Below the pieces are notes generated by a model that saw only the letters and a list, made by a program, of their open reading frames with translations, searched no databases and was not told the origin of the DNA. 64,000 nucleotides of DNA, taken from an uncultured Spirochaetota bacterium (GTDB lineage: Bacteria > Spirochaetota > UBA4802 > UBA5550). Both the position numbers and the translations under genes were made by a program. The DNA lies in the NCBI GenBank assembly GCA_963827275.1, contig CAWHAA010000008.1:320001-384000 (forward strand). The letters are read 5' to 3'. Shown here piece by piece: positions 1 to 9,848 of the stretch (position 1 is its first letter; each line of letters begins with the position of its first letter).

Positions 1-43
1 CATGAGATCGGGCGTCAACAGGATAGAGATCTTCACTGAATAA
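1..43 (+). CDS. 3' end of a gene entering the window (…MRSGVNRIEIFTE*)
   Basis: Open frame with host-like codons ending at TAA 41-43; the product cannot be identified. Confidence 0.4.
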   Translation, partial: MRSGVNRIEIFTE

Positions 44-209
44 GCCGCCCAGGGTATTCCTCGTTATCCTCAACGCAGCAACAGTACCTCCGCGGGCCGT
101 TTCACCGCGTGATGCAGGCGTCTCTTAAAAAAATCATGGATCAGTGCGGGATTTCATCGAGCGGGCATCCGCTTGCGGCGATCTGCGCCGTGCGGCCTGT
201 GACGAGGGC

Positions 210-242
210 AAAAAAAAAGGCGGGGTCCTTTTTACCCCGCCT
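210..242 (-). terminator. Rho-independent terminator of the lysophospholipase gene
   Basis: Minus strand AGGCGGGGT-loop-ACCCCGCCT followed by a long T run, 11 nt after the stop at 254. Confidence 0.8.
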
Positions 243-253
243 CCCCTAACAAA

Positions 254-1399
254 CTATTTTTTCTTTTTGGCGGCTTTCTTTGCAGTCTTCTTGGCTGCTT
301 TCTTAACGGTTTTCTTAGCGGTTTTTTTTGTTGTTCCCACGGTTTTTTTTACTCCTTTTTTTATTGTTTTTTTAGCGCCCAATTTTTTGGGAGCCCTTTG
401 AGAACCTTTATATGCTGCTTTTGCAACAGATTCCTTTTTTATTTTTTTCTTTGCCGCGTTCCTGGCGGCGACTCTCTTCTTCAAAATTTTTTTTACTTTC
501 TTCTTTTTAATTACTTTCTTTATCGGTTTTTTCCGGCTTTTTTTCGCGATTTTTTTTCCCGCGATCGTTCTCAGTATCCAGCGGGAGACTGTCTGGAGGA
601 CTTTTTTGTTTTCCGTCTCGTTCATGGTCTCGTGATAGAGGCCCTCGAAGACGTGGAGCTCCTTGCTGAGTGATGACGCGTTGTTGAAAAGCGCTTCGCT
701 CCCGCGGTAATCGACTATTTTGTCGTCTTTCCCGGAGAATACCAGCAGCGGCATCCTGATCTCAAGCGACCTGTTTATGCATTCGTCTCCCGCTTTCATG
801 AATTCCGTGAACCATCGCGCGGTGACCTTGTCGTGCACCAGGCGGTCGTTTTCATACGCGTCGATGACCGCTGCGTCATGCGAGAGGCAGGACGTGTCAA
901 GCCCTGTCGAGAACGGCATCGATGGCGTATATTTTGACGAAATGCCGCTTAATTTCTTTTTTATTGCCGGCACATGGACCGCCGGGATAACGCCGGCTGA
1001 AGAGAGAATGAGGCCGTTGATGTCTTCGGAATATTCCAAAGCGTATTTGCAGGCGATGACGCCTCCCATGCTGTGGCCGAGCAAAATGAGCGGTATGGCG
1101 TTGTTTTCTTCCCTGATGAGGTCGATGAAAAGCTTCAAATCGTACACGTAATCCATGAAGGAATCGACGTGTCCGCGCTTGCCGCTTGATCTGCCGTGTC
1201 CGCGGTGGTCCAGGGCATATATGGAGATATTGCCGCCCTTCAGTTCGCTGATGATGTTGTCGTATCTTCCTGAATGTTCGCCGATGCCGTGAGCGATGAC
1301 GAGGATTCCGCGGGGCTTGTCGACACACCAATTCTGGAAAAATATTTCAGTACCGCCTTTTCCTATGAATGTTCCAGTATTGTGTGTGTAAGAATTCAT
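254..1399 (-). CDS. Lysophospholipase / monoacylglycerol lipase (alpha/beta hydrolase) with a C-terminal Lys/Ala-rich histone-H1-like tail
   Basis: HGIGEHSGRY, DHRGHGRS, GHSMGG nucleophile elbow, D..V and YHE catalytic motifs; the last ~100 aa are K/A repeats (KKTAKKAAKKKK). Confidence 0.9.
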   Translation of the reverse strand: MNSYTHNTGTFIGKGGTEIFFQNWCVDKPRGILVIAHGIGEHSGRYDNIISELKGGNISIYALDHRGHGRSSGKRGHVDSFMDYVYDLKLFIDLIREENNAIPLILLGHSMGGVIACKYALEYSEDINGLILSSAGVIPAVHVPAIKKKLSGISSKYTPSMPFSTGLDTSCLSHDAAVIDAYENDRLVHDKVTARWFTEFMKAGDECINRSLEIRMPLLVFSGKDDKIVDYRGSEALFNNASSLSKELHVFEGLYHETMNETENKKVLQTVSRWILRTIAGKKIAKKSRKKPIKKVIKKKKVKKILKKRVAARNAAKKKIKKESVAKAAYKGSQRAPKKLGAKKTIKKGVKKTVGTTKKTAKKTVKKAAKKTAKKAAKKKK

Positions 1400-1571
1400 T
1401 AATAATTTCTCTTTTTTTTAACTTGTGAACATTATACTATATCAATTTACTCTTGTCGAGAAAAAAATTATTTTTGGCCCTCTAAAATAATTTTTTCAAA
1501 ATTCTTTTCCGACACTTTCCATCTCTTCAGCACGAATCGTCGTGCGCGTGTTTGTCGATGATGCCTCTCAA

Positions 1572-2324
1572 TCACAGCACCTGGATCGGGCCGCTTGCTC
1601 TTCCTTCTATGAATTGCCTTACGTACGGGTTGTCCGCTTCCCTGAAGCGCTGCGGAGCGTCCTCGTAAATTATTTTTCCGTCATACAGCATCGCGATGCG
1701 GTCGGCGATACGGCCGGCTGAACGCATGTCGTGCGTCACCACGATCGACGTAACACCGAAGGTGTCGCGCGTCTTCATGATGAGGCGGTCAACCGCGCCG
1801 CCGGTAATCGGGTCAACCCCGGTGGTCGGCTCGTCGTAGAGCATTATTTCTGGACGGATCGCGATGGAGCGGGCAAGCCCCACGCGCTTCTGCATGCCGC
1901 CGGAAAGCTCCGACACGCGCTTCTGCTCGATCTCCTTGAGCCCAACGTTTTCAAGCACCCCGGGAACGATGGTCCGTATCTGTTCTTCGGGAACGTTTTT
2001 TCTCCTGAGCCCGAAGGCGACGTTGTCATAGATATTGAGAGAATCGAAGAGCGCGGCGCCCTGGAACAGGATGCCGTATTTCGCGAGGATCGTCTGGCGT
2101 GTTTCCGCGTCGGCGCCGGTAAATTCGGTCCCGTCAACGGTGATTGATCCGCTATCAGGCTGGAGTATGCCGATGAGATGCTTCAGGATCACCGATTTTC
2201 CCACGCCGCTGATGCCAACGATGCAGAGTATTTCGTTTTCGTACACAGTGAGATCGAGCCCGTCAAGGACAACCTTGCGGCCGAAGGACTTGTGGAGATC
2301 GCGTAATACTATTTTTTCTTTCAT
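1572..2324 (-). CDS. mlaF: ABC transporter ATP-binding protein, MlaF/Mkl family
   Basis: GISGVGKS Walker A, FQGAALFDSL, LSGGMQKRVGLAR, LYDEPTTGVDP, VTHDM, NPYVRQF; start taken at MKEKIV (2324). Confidence 0.88.
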   Translation of the reverse strand: MKEKIVLRDLHKSFGRKVVLDGLDLTVYENEILCIVGISGVGKSVILKHLIGILQPDSGSITVDGTEFTGADAETRQTILAKYGILFQGAALFDSLNIYDNVAFGLRRKNVPEEQIRTIVPGVLENVGLKEIEQKRVSELSGGMQKRVGLARSIAIRPEIMLYDEPTTGVDPITGGAVDRLIMKTRDTFGVTSIVVTHDMRSAGRIADRIAMLYDGKIIYEDAPQRFREADNPYVRQFIEGRASGPIQVL

Positions 2325-2537
2325 TTTTTTCCGCTTATGAAAAAAAATAACACATATATAAAAAATGTCAATTATTTTCTGGATTATGTCGCTAAAAGTT
2401 TCATTTTTTGTCAGGTCGCTGTTTTCACTCCCGCGAGTCTGTTTCACCGAGAACAACGCGCTGTGGCGCGTGAAGATATTTTTATTTGTTGCAATTTTTA
2501 ATTTCCGGTAATTGAGTACACGTGCGATAATGCTGCC

Positions 2538-3227
2538 ATGATACTTCTGCAAAAACCGCAACTCAGCCGGTCTTCACGCTGCTCGTATCTCCCGGACCGC
2601 GAGTGCAGGTTCAACTATTTTTTTGCCATCGACCTCGACGGGCAGGAGCTGGAGGAACTTCTCGGCGCGGGCTGGCGGAAATTCGGCGAATACTACTTCC
2701 GTCCTGACTGCGGCGACTGCCGGCGCTGCGTTCCGCTCCGTGTCATTGTGCCGGAGTTCAGGCCGTCAAAGGGACAGCGGCGCATCATGCGCGCCTGCGC
2801 CGGCATAGAGGTCAGGTTTACGGACCCTGAGTATCGCGAGGAGATTTTCGAGATATACCGCGATCATTCGCTGCGCCGCTTCGGCAAGGAGTGCGATCCT
2901 GACGAATTCATCACGGCTTTTTACACACGGTCCTGCCCGTCCCTGCAGTCGGAATATTACCTCGAGGGCGAGCTGGTCGCCGTCGGCTTCATCGATGTAT
3001 CGAGCGTGGCGATGAGCTCGGTCTATTTTGTGTATAAAACGGCATACGAGGAATACCGCCTCGGCACCTTCAGTGTGATCAGGGAGGTGGGACATGCCGC
3101 ATCGCGTGGCCTGAACTACTACTATCTGGGGTATTACATCGATGAGAATGGAAGGATGGAATATAAAGGGCATTTTCATCCTCATGAAACGTACGACTGG
3201 AACACGGGCAGATGGGTCAGGGAGTGA
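2538..3227 (+). CDS. bpt: Arginyl-tRNA-protein transferase family (bacterial Bpt/ATE-like aminoacyl transferase)
   Basis: CSYLP, GWRKFG.YYFRPDC..C..CVPLR, SSVYF, LGTFS, YYYLGYYI…MEYK motifs of the ATE_N/ATE_C domains. Confidence 0.9.
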   Translation: MILLQKPQLSRSSRCSYLPDRECRFNYFFAIDLDGQELEELLGAGWRKFGEYYFRPDCGDCRRCVPLRVIVPEFRPSKGQRRIMRACAGIEVRFTDPEYREEIFEIYRDHSLRRFGKECDPDEFITAFYTRSCPSLQSEYYLEGELVAVGFIDVSSVAMSSVYFVYKTAYEEYRLGTFSVIREVGHAASRGLNYYYLGYYIDENGRMEYKGHFHPHETYDWNTGRWVRE

Positions 3228-3292
3228 TTACTATCTGAGAAATCGCGTCCTCTCCATTGAAGGCCGAAGGGGCCATTCATGCAATCGACGAG

Positions 3293-3835
3293 CTAAAAAA
3301 AATCATCTACAATTACATCAATAATTTTTTCTCTTCTGCACTTATTGCCAATACCGGCAGGTGCCACAAAGATCCAATTAAATTGTTTCATTCTTAAAAC
3401 ATATTCCTTGTCATATAAAGGTTTTAACCCTTTATACAAAACAAGCCTGATTCCATACATGTCATGCTCGGATAAATAAGTCGGGACAATGCCAAGAGTA
3501 ACAATAGATAAGACAGCTATGCTTGTACCAAGCGGTCCTAAATATTTAACCTGTATTTCTAAATTGTAATTATCATGTGATAGCTGATTTATTTCATTGA
3601 TATCTTTGAAATTCATTTGTTTTAAACTACTGATAATCGGTTTTTTAATATTTTTTGATTGAAGATCTGCAAAATCAAATTTATAATTTAATACTATATG
3701 AGAAAAATCAATATCAGCCTTCTGTTTTTTAACGAAAGAACGAATAGTATAGCTTTCACAAGATAAAAATATTGAAAATGATATAATCATCAGTGTTCTT
3801 AATTGTTTATGAAATATATGTCTAAAGAAGAACAT
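3293..3835 (-). CDS. Hypothetical lipoprotein (AT-rich)
   Basis: Hydrophobic stretch ending in IFLSC lipobox; internal SIVTLGIVP segment; much more AT-rich than its neighbours. Confidence 0.6.
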   Translation of the reverse strand: MFFFRHIFHKQLRTLMIISFSIFLSCESYTIRSFVKKQKADIDFSHIVLNYKFDFADLQSKNIKKPIISSLKQMNFKDINEINQLSHDNYNLEIQVKYLGPLGTSIAVLSIVTLGIVPTYLSEHDMYGIRLVLYKGLKPLYDKEYVLRMKQFNWIFVAPAGIGNKCRREKIIDVIVDDFF

Positions 3836-4039
3836 ATAGAATTACCCCCACCCTTTATGTTACCTCATCAGTACAAGCCAAGGTGAAGCAATGACGTTTT
3901 ATGTGGAGCCGTCTCCTTTAAAATTAAGCCACAACCGGCAGAAATAGCGCCGGGCAGGGGCTTGAAATTTATCAACAATGAGTCGCGTTATTTATCGTAT
4001 TGCCTGCTTGAACGCATGCCGTTCATCACACCGGGGTGG

Positions 4040-4354
4040 TCACTTCTTCCTGTTTCTTTCTTCCAGAACGTATTTGCGCAACAACCTCTCGCCGCGCATT
4101 ACGTAAAGAATGAAAACGTTTTGCTTTTCAATTCGATAGAATATCCTGCAGGGATTTACAATAACCTCACGATACGCTGTTTTTATCAGTTCCGGGAGCT
4201 TTCTTCCGGAATTCGGGTGGGATTCGAGGCGCTCAGCCGCGTCAAAGATATTTTGAACGAGTCTCCGCGCCGCATCAACGTTATCCAGTGCGATGTATTC
4301 CGCGATTTCCTCAATGTCCGCCAGCGCAGTTTCTGTCCAGATCAGCCGAGCCAT
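4040..4354 (-). CDS. Type II toxin, ParE/RelE family
   Basis: LIWTETALADIEEIAEYIALDN…LESHPNSGRKLPE…YRE…RIFYRI. Confidence 0.9.
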   Translation of the reverse strand: MARLIWTETALADIEEIAEYIALDNVDAARRLVQNIFDAAERLESHPNSGRKLPELIKTAYREVIVNPCRIFYRIEKQNVFILYVMRGERLLRKYVLEERNRKK

Positions 4355-4599
4355 TTTCGCATTTTCCGCCTGGCGTCATCGCGTGAATAAACGCGGTTTT
4401 CAAGAACAGCCATTTCTCCACGTGCGATTCCCTCAAGTATCTGCATCCTTTCCCTCATGCTTTCATAATCGTCGGCATCGACCAGGTACGCTGAAGGCTT
4501 GCCGTGGAGGGTAATCAAAACGGGCTCCCTGGACTTGTTCAGGTCGACCAGGATTTTTGTGGCCCTTCTTTTCAACGATGTAACGATTTCTGTTTTCAT
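4342..4599 (-). CDS. Type II antitoxin, Phd/YefM family
   Basis: MKTEIVTSLKRRATKIL…REPVLITLHGKPSAYLVD; lies upstream of and overlaps the toxin. Confidence 0.9.
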   Translation of the reverse strand: MKTEIVTSLKRRATKILVDLNKSREPVLITLHGKPSAYLVDADDYESMRERMQILEGIARGEMAVLENRVYSRDDARRKMRKWLG

Positions 4600-4603
4600 A
4601 AAA

Positions 4604-4635
4604 GTAACACTATAGTGATACTTCCGATACGTCAA
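4604..4635 (-). promoter_or_regulatory. TA operon promoter with palindromic operator
   Basis: Minus strand TTGACG (4635-4630), 17 bp, TAGTGT (4612-4607); palindrome GTAACAC-TATA-GTGATAC at 4604-4621 overlaps the -10. Confidence 0.6.
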
Positions 4636-4863
4636 GAAGTATTGTGTAACAGACCCGGGAAAAGATAAAATGGCGGTGCGATGTCGCTCCTTTACAGGTG
4701 CCTGCTGATTGAACGAACAGGAAATGATGATAATGAAAAATTTTCGGGGACGCGGCGGCGCCATGAACGGTGAAATCGAACAGGCCCTTTTCTCCGCCTG
4801 CGGGAAAAAAAACATCAATATCAGAAATTTGAGATGACTTTATCCGAATTTTAATTGAAATGT

Positions 4864-4892
4864 GTGACAAAGTCGTCGTTTGATTGTATAAT
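4864..4892 (+). promoter_or_regulatory. Sigma70-type promoter of clpS-clpA
   Basis: GTGACA, 17 bp, TATAAT; SD GGAGAGG before the clpS ATG. Confidence 0.6.
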
Positions 4893-4921
4893 TAATATGC
4901 CAGCGTACTGCTGGAGAGGGG

Positions 4922-5251
4922 ATGCTTATGCCGGACGGGTCAGATACCGGTTACCGTTTCGATGAAGACCAGAGCATCAGGACCGAGAAAAAGCTCGAAG
5001 AGCCGAAAATGTTCAGGGTCATTCTTCATAACGACCACTACACCACCATGGATTTCGTGGTGGAGGTGCTGGTGAAGGTGTTCCGCATGCCCGCGGCGAA
5101 GGCAGTGCAGGTGATGATGGACGTGCACAAGAAGGGGGCCGGGATGTGCGGGGTGTACACCCTGGACATCGCGGTCACCAAGGTGGGGCAGGTGCACCAG
5201 ATGGCGCTGGCGAGGGAATTTCCCCTTAAATGTTCATACGAGGAAGCGTAA
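4922..5251 (+). CDS. clpS: ATP-dependent Clp protease adaptor ClpS
   Basis: PKMFRVILHNDHYTTMDFVVEVL…VHKKGAG.CGVY…EFPLKC. Confidence 0.95.
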   Translation: MLMPDGSDTGYRFDEDQSIRTEKKLEEPKMFRVILHNDHYTTMDFVVEVLVKVFRMPAAKAVQVMMDVHKKGAGMCGVYTLDIAVTKVGQVHQMALAREFPLKCSYEEA

Positions 5252-7514
5252 TGGAGATCAACCACGAGCTGAATAATATACTGATGGCCGCCTTCCAGGA
5301 GGCCAAGATGCGCAAGCACGAATACCTGATGCCGGAGCATATCCTGTACGCATCGCTGTAGAACGAGGCGGGGCGGGACATCATCCGCGGGAGCGGGGGC
5401 GATGTTGACGGGCTGGTGAAAAGGATCAGGGACTTTTTCAATTCAGCACGTGACCACGGTGGAGAGCGAGGAGCCGGAGCAGTCGGCGGGATTCAAGAAC
5501 GTCCTCGAGCGGGCGATATGGCACACCACGTCGGCGCAGAAAGACGAGCTCGATATCGGCGATGTCCTGGTCTCGATCTTCGACGAGACGGAGTCGTTTG
5601 CCGCCTTCTTCCTCCAGGAGGAGGGCGTCACGCGCTACAGCCTGCTGAATTACATATCGCACGGCGTGTCCCAGTATCCTGACGGGGGAGAGTCGGGGCC
5701 CGAGCCGGACGGTGAGGAGGAGGACGGGGCGAAGCAGAAGAAGGCCCCCGGGAAAAAGGCGGTCGAGTCCTTCACCACGGAGCTCACCGCGAAGGCGCGG
5801 GCGAACGAGCTCGACCCGCTGATCGGGAGAAAGGAGATCATCGAACGGACCATCCAGGTGCTGTGCCGGCGGATCAAGAACAACCCGATACACGTGGGCG
5901 ACCCGGGCGTCGGGAAGACGGCCATCACCGAGGGCCTCGCGCAGTTCATCGCGCGGGGCGACGTCCCCCTTCCGATCAGGGACGCGAAGATCTATTCCCT
6001 CGACATGGGCTCGCTCATCGCGGGCACGCGGTTCCGGGGCGACTTCGAAGAGCGGATGAAAAAGGTGATCGCCGAGCTCCAGAAGATGAAAAACGTCGAT
6101 CCTCTTCATCGACGAGATCCATACGGTCGTGGGCGCCGGGGCCGTTTCCGGCGGTTCGATGGACGCGTCGAACATGCTGAAGCCGCTCCTGTCGCACGGG
6201 AAGGTGAAGTGCATCGGCACCACCACCTACGAGGAGTACAAGAAGTATTTCGACAAGGACCGTGCCCTCTCGCGCCGGTTCCAGAAGATCGACATACCGG
6301 AGACCACCATGGATGAGACGCATGAAATCCTGGCCGGGCTCCGGGACCGCTACGAGGAATACCACCACGTGAAGTACACCGACGAGGCGCTGCGGGCCGC
6401 GGCGGAGCTTTCCGCGAAATACATCAACGACCGGTTCCTGCCGGACAAGGCGATCGACGTGATCGACGAGGCGGGGGCCTTTACCCGCATGTACCGCGAG
6501 TCGGACGAGGAGCGGATCGGGATCACGGTCCAGGACATAGAGAAGGTCGTGGCGAAGATGGCCAAGATACCGGAGAAGAGCGTCTCGTCGTCGGAGACGG
6601 GCAGGCTCAGGGACATCGAGGCGGAGCTCAAGAGGCAGATCTACGGCCAGGACAGCGCCATCGAGCACGTGTGCGAGGCGATCAAGCGGAACCGCGCCGG
6701 CTTCGGCAACCCGGACCGGCCCATCGCCTCGTTCCTCTTCGTGGGGCCCACCGGCGTCGGCAAGACCGAGCTGGCGCGCCAGCTCGCAGCGGTCCTGGGC
6801 GTGAAGCTCCACCGCTACGACATGAGCGAGTACCAGGAGAAGCACACGGTGGCGCGGCTCATCGGCGCGCCCCCGGGCTACGTGGGATACGAGGAAGGGG
6901 GGCTGCTCACCGAATCGATACGCAAGACCCCCTACGCGGTGCTTCTCCTCGACGAGATAGAGAAGGCGCACCAGGACATCTTCAACACGCTCCTCCAGGT
7001 GATGGACTACGCGACGCTGACCGACAACACCGGCAAGAAGGCGGATTTCAGGAACGTGATCATCATCATGACCTCGAACGCGGGCGCGCGGGAGATCGGC
7101 AAGGCGCAGGTCGGCTTCGATGAGCGGAAGGTGACGGAGACGGCCATCAAGGACGCGGTGGACCGGATCTTTTCGCCGGAGTTCAGGAACCGGCTCGACG
7201 CGGTGGTGAAGTTCAACGATCTGAGCCAGGAGATCATCGTCCAGATCGTGAAAAAGACGATCGACCAGTTCAGGCCGCAGCTCGCGGAGAAGAACGTCAC
7301 CCTTGAGGTGACCGACGAGTGCTACCGGTGGCTCGGCGCGAAGGGCTATTCGCCGAAATTCGGCGCGCGCGAGATCGACCGCCTGGTGCAGGACAAGATC
7401 AAGAAGTTCTTCGTGGACGAGGTGCTCTTCGGCAGGCTCGCCGCCGGCGGCAGGGCGGTCGCGGACATCGTCAATGACGACGTGGCGATCCGGGTAGAGG
7501 AGAGCGTGTCCTGA
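5251..7514 (+). CDS. clpA: ATP-dependent Clp protease ATP-binding subunit ClpA, interrupted by an in-frame TAG at 5359-5361 and frameshifts near 5443 and 6098
   Basis: TAATG overlap with clpS; N-domain [45 protein letters not shown]; pieces lie in successive frames. Confidence 0.9.
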
Positions 7515-7532
7515 CGCCCGCGCGGGGCGTCC

Positions 7533-8039
7533 CTATTCAATGTCCACCTGGAACGTCTCCAGGAAACAGCTCACCATCTGGTAGTAGCCGATGGCCACGG
7601 TCAGCTCCACCATCTCCGCGTGCGAAAGGCGCGCGGCGAGCGCGTTGAAGGTTTCATCGCTGGCTTTTCTTTTCTCGAATATCTCTTCAGTCATGCGGAG
7701 CACCAGCCGCTCGAGATCATCGAACAGCGGTGATGACGACCCGACCGAAAGCGCCTCTATCTTTTCATCCGGCATATGTAATTTCCGCGCGATCGCCCGG
7801 TGCTGGTGGACTTCATACGACGAGCCGCACAGTATGCCGGTGCGGATAATGGCCATCTCCCTGAGCGCGTGATCCAGCTTCCCGTTATATAATATCGCGG
7901 CGCCGAGGCCGATGAACTGGCGCCTGAGCGATTCGGCGTGCGCCATCATCCTGAATACGTTCAGCTTCGGCATCAGGTCGAAAAACTGCCTGCTCTTTTC
8001 ATCAAGGGCATCGTAGTCGAAATAGGGTATCCGTGACAT
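7533..8039 (-). CDS. Carboxymuconolactone decarboxylase / AhpD-like family protein
   Basis: LNVFRMMAH…LREMAIIRTG…YEVHQH…VELTVAIGYYQMVS. Confidence 0.8.
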   Translation of the reverse strand: MSRIPYFDYDALDEKSRQFFDLMPKLNVFRMMAHAESLRRQFIGLGAAILYNGKLDHALREMAIIRTGILCGSSYEVHQHRAIARKLHMPDEKIEALSVGSSSPLFDDLERLVLRMTEEIFEKRKASDETFNALAARLSHAEMVELTVAIGYYQMVSCFLETFQVDIE

Positions 8040-8141
8040 GGTGTTTGCTTCCTGTGATAACTATCCTCATATTCAGGGTCTTCCTCGTTCCCCCATCAAC
8101 CGGCCGGCGGGTTTTTGAAACCGGCAGGTAATATTCGCCTT

Positions 8142-9104
8142 CTACCAGCCGCCGGAGGCGCCGCCGCCGCCCGAGCTCCCGCCGCCGCCGGAAAATCCGC
8201 CCGAGCCGCCGGAGCTCCATCCCCCCGAGGATGAACCGCCTGATGTCACGGTGAACCCGCCGATGGTGGCGCGGCCCTTGGCCTTCAGGTCTTTCCCGGC
8301 CTTCTTGTACCACGCGGTCCTGCCGAGGATGATCTTTGCCACGGGATAGCCGACGAGATATATTCCGAGCAGGACTATGGTGGCGGTGCCGCCCACCACG
8401 ATGATGGGAAACATTGCCCAGAAGGGGATCAGAAAAACATAGAGGAACCAGCCCATGCCGGGGGTGAGAACGCCGATGACCGTGAAGAGCCCGATGATGC
8501 CGAAGATGAAACATCCGATGAGAATGCGTTGTATGATGGGAAGGTCGGGGCCGTCGAAGAACGAATCAGAGCTTTTCCCGGCGCTCCCCGACTCATCGGG
8601 AAGCACCGCCGAGGGGTCTTCCAGCAGGGAAATGATGGCCAGGATGCCCCCGGTCACGCCGCCGTCGAAATCATTGACCTTGAAGCGCGGGGCCATGATC
8701 GTGTCGATGATGCGTCCCGCCTTCAGGTCGGTGAGCGTGCCCTCGAGGCCGTAGCCCACCTCGATGCGCATGCGCCGGTCCCCCGAAGCGATGACCACCA
8801 GCACGCCGTTGTCTTTCTCCTTCTGGCCGAGCCGCCACGCGTCAAACACGCGCGTGCAAAACTCCTCGATGCTTTCGCCGTCAAGTGTCAGCACGGTCAG
8901 CAGCGCCACCTGGTTCGTGGTGCGGTCTTCATGGGCCTTGAGCAGTCCGCTGAGGTGCTCCCTGGTCGACTGGCTCAGGATGCCGGCGGCGTCAGTCACG
9001 CGGCCTTCAAGGCGCGGCACCGGTATCAGCGCCAGCGCCGGGGCGTGGGCCAGCAGCGCAAGCAGGGCCGCCGCCAGCAATGGGGTGCTATACCGGTGTT
9101 TCAT
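8142..9104 (-). CDS. TPM-domain (YgcG family) membrane protein with Gly-rich tail
   Basis: Signal peptide, GRVTDAAGIL, WRLGQKEKDNGVL, RIEVGYGLEG, C-terminal FSGGGGSSGGGGASGGW; start MKHRYS at 9104. Confidence 0.9.
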   Translation of the reverse strand: MKHRYSTPLLAAALLALLAHAPALALIPVPRLEGRVTDAAGILSQSTREHLSGLLKAHEDRTTNQVALLTVLTLDGESIEEFCTRVFDAWRLGQKEKDNGVLVVIASGDRRMRIEVGYGLEGTLTDLKAGRIIDTIMAPRFKVNDFDGGVTGGILAIISLLEDPSAVLPDESGSAGKSSDSFFDGPDLPIIQRILIGCFIFGIIGLFTVIGVLTPGMGWFLYVFLIPFWAMFPIIVVGGTATIVLLGIYLVGYPVAKIILGRTAWYKKAGKDLKAKGRATIGGFTVTSGGSSSGGWSSGGSGGFSGGGGSSGGGGASGGW

Positions 9105-9757
9105 TTGCCTTCTCCTTTTTGCTCGATGATTCCGTCCGCCAGTTCGTTGCCGGGTTTCGCCAGGGGCCCGGGGCCGCCCCGCAGCAGCTCGGCTTCCAGC
9201 GCCGCGAAGCCGTGAACAAGGGCCTGGAAACGGTCTCCCCTGCGGAGATACGGCGCCATCTCCCGTATGACCGCCCCCAGTGCCCCGCGGCCGAGTCGGG
9301 GTGCGGCGCCGGTGTCCGGCAGGATGACCACCCTGCGCTCGAAGAGGCTCACCAAAAGCAGGATGCCTGAGCGTGACCCGGTACGGAACAGCTCCCGCTC
9401 GAGGAAAAAGGCCCGTGCGTACTGGTCGATCTCGGTCTCGGCGCGCGCCCGGTCGAGGAAGAGACGGCCGAAGGCCGGCCAGAACACCGCAAGCAGGGCC
9501 GCCGCCGCGCCCGCGCCGAAGATGCACACCAGCCACTGCGGCGCGCTCCAGCCAGCAACGGGGCCGGGAACTGCGACGGCCAGGGCCACCAGCGCCAGGC
9601 AGGAGACGGCGGCGGACATGGCGAAGGCCTTCCACGGAATTTCCGGGTAGCTGTCGCATTTGCCGACCACTGCCGCCACCAGCTCCGTGCCGGTGCGCTG
9701 CTCGGTTTTTTTGATGAGCTCGTTCAGCTGAGTAGTCTGATCATTGTTGAAGTACAT
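9101..9757 (-). CDS. TPM-domain membrane protein
   Basis: EQRTGTEL, two TM segments, SGILLLVSLFERRVVILPD, NELAD C-terminus. Confidence 0.8.
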   Translation of the reverse strand: MYFNNDQTTQLNELIKKTEQRTGTELVAAVVGKCDSYPEIPWKAFAMSAAVSCLALVALAVAVPGPVAGWSAPQWLVCIFGAGAAAALLAVFWPAFGRLFLDRARAETEIDQYARAFFLERELFRTGSRSGILLLVSLFERRVVILPDTGAAPRLGRGALGAVIREMAPYLRRGDRFQALVHGFAALEAELLRGGPGPLAKPGNELADGIIEQKGEGK

Positions 9758-9848
9758 GGCTTTTACCCCTGTTGCTTTACACTGCATCCTCCGGAATAAT
9801 TATCAAGGAATATTTATTCCTCGCATGAGGGTTGTGTGCCGCTGTCCC

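Noticed and set aside
3230..4640. Integron cassette array
   Set aside because: No convincing RYYYAAC…GTTRRRY attC sites and no integrase
5359..5361. TAG recoding (pyrrolysine or alternative genetic code)
   Set aside because: TAG ends several genes at their expected C-termini (8142, 31933, 58557), and no pyl genes are in the window
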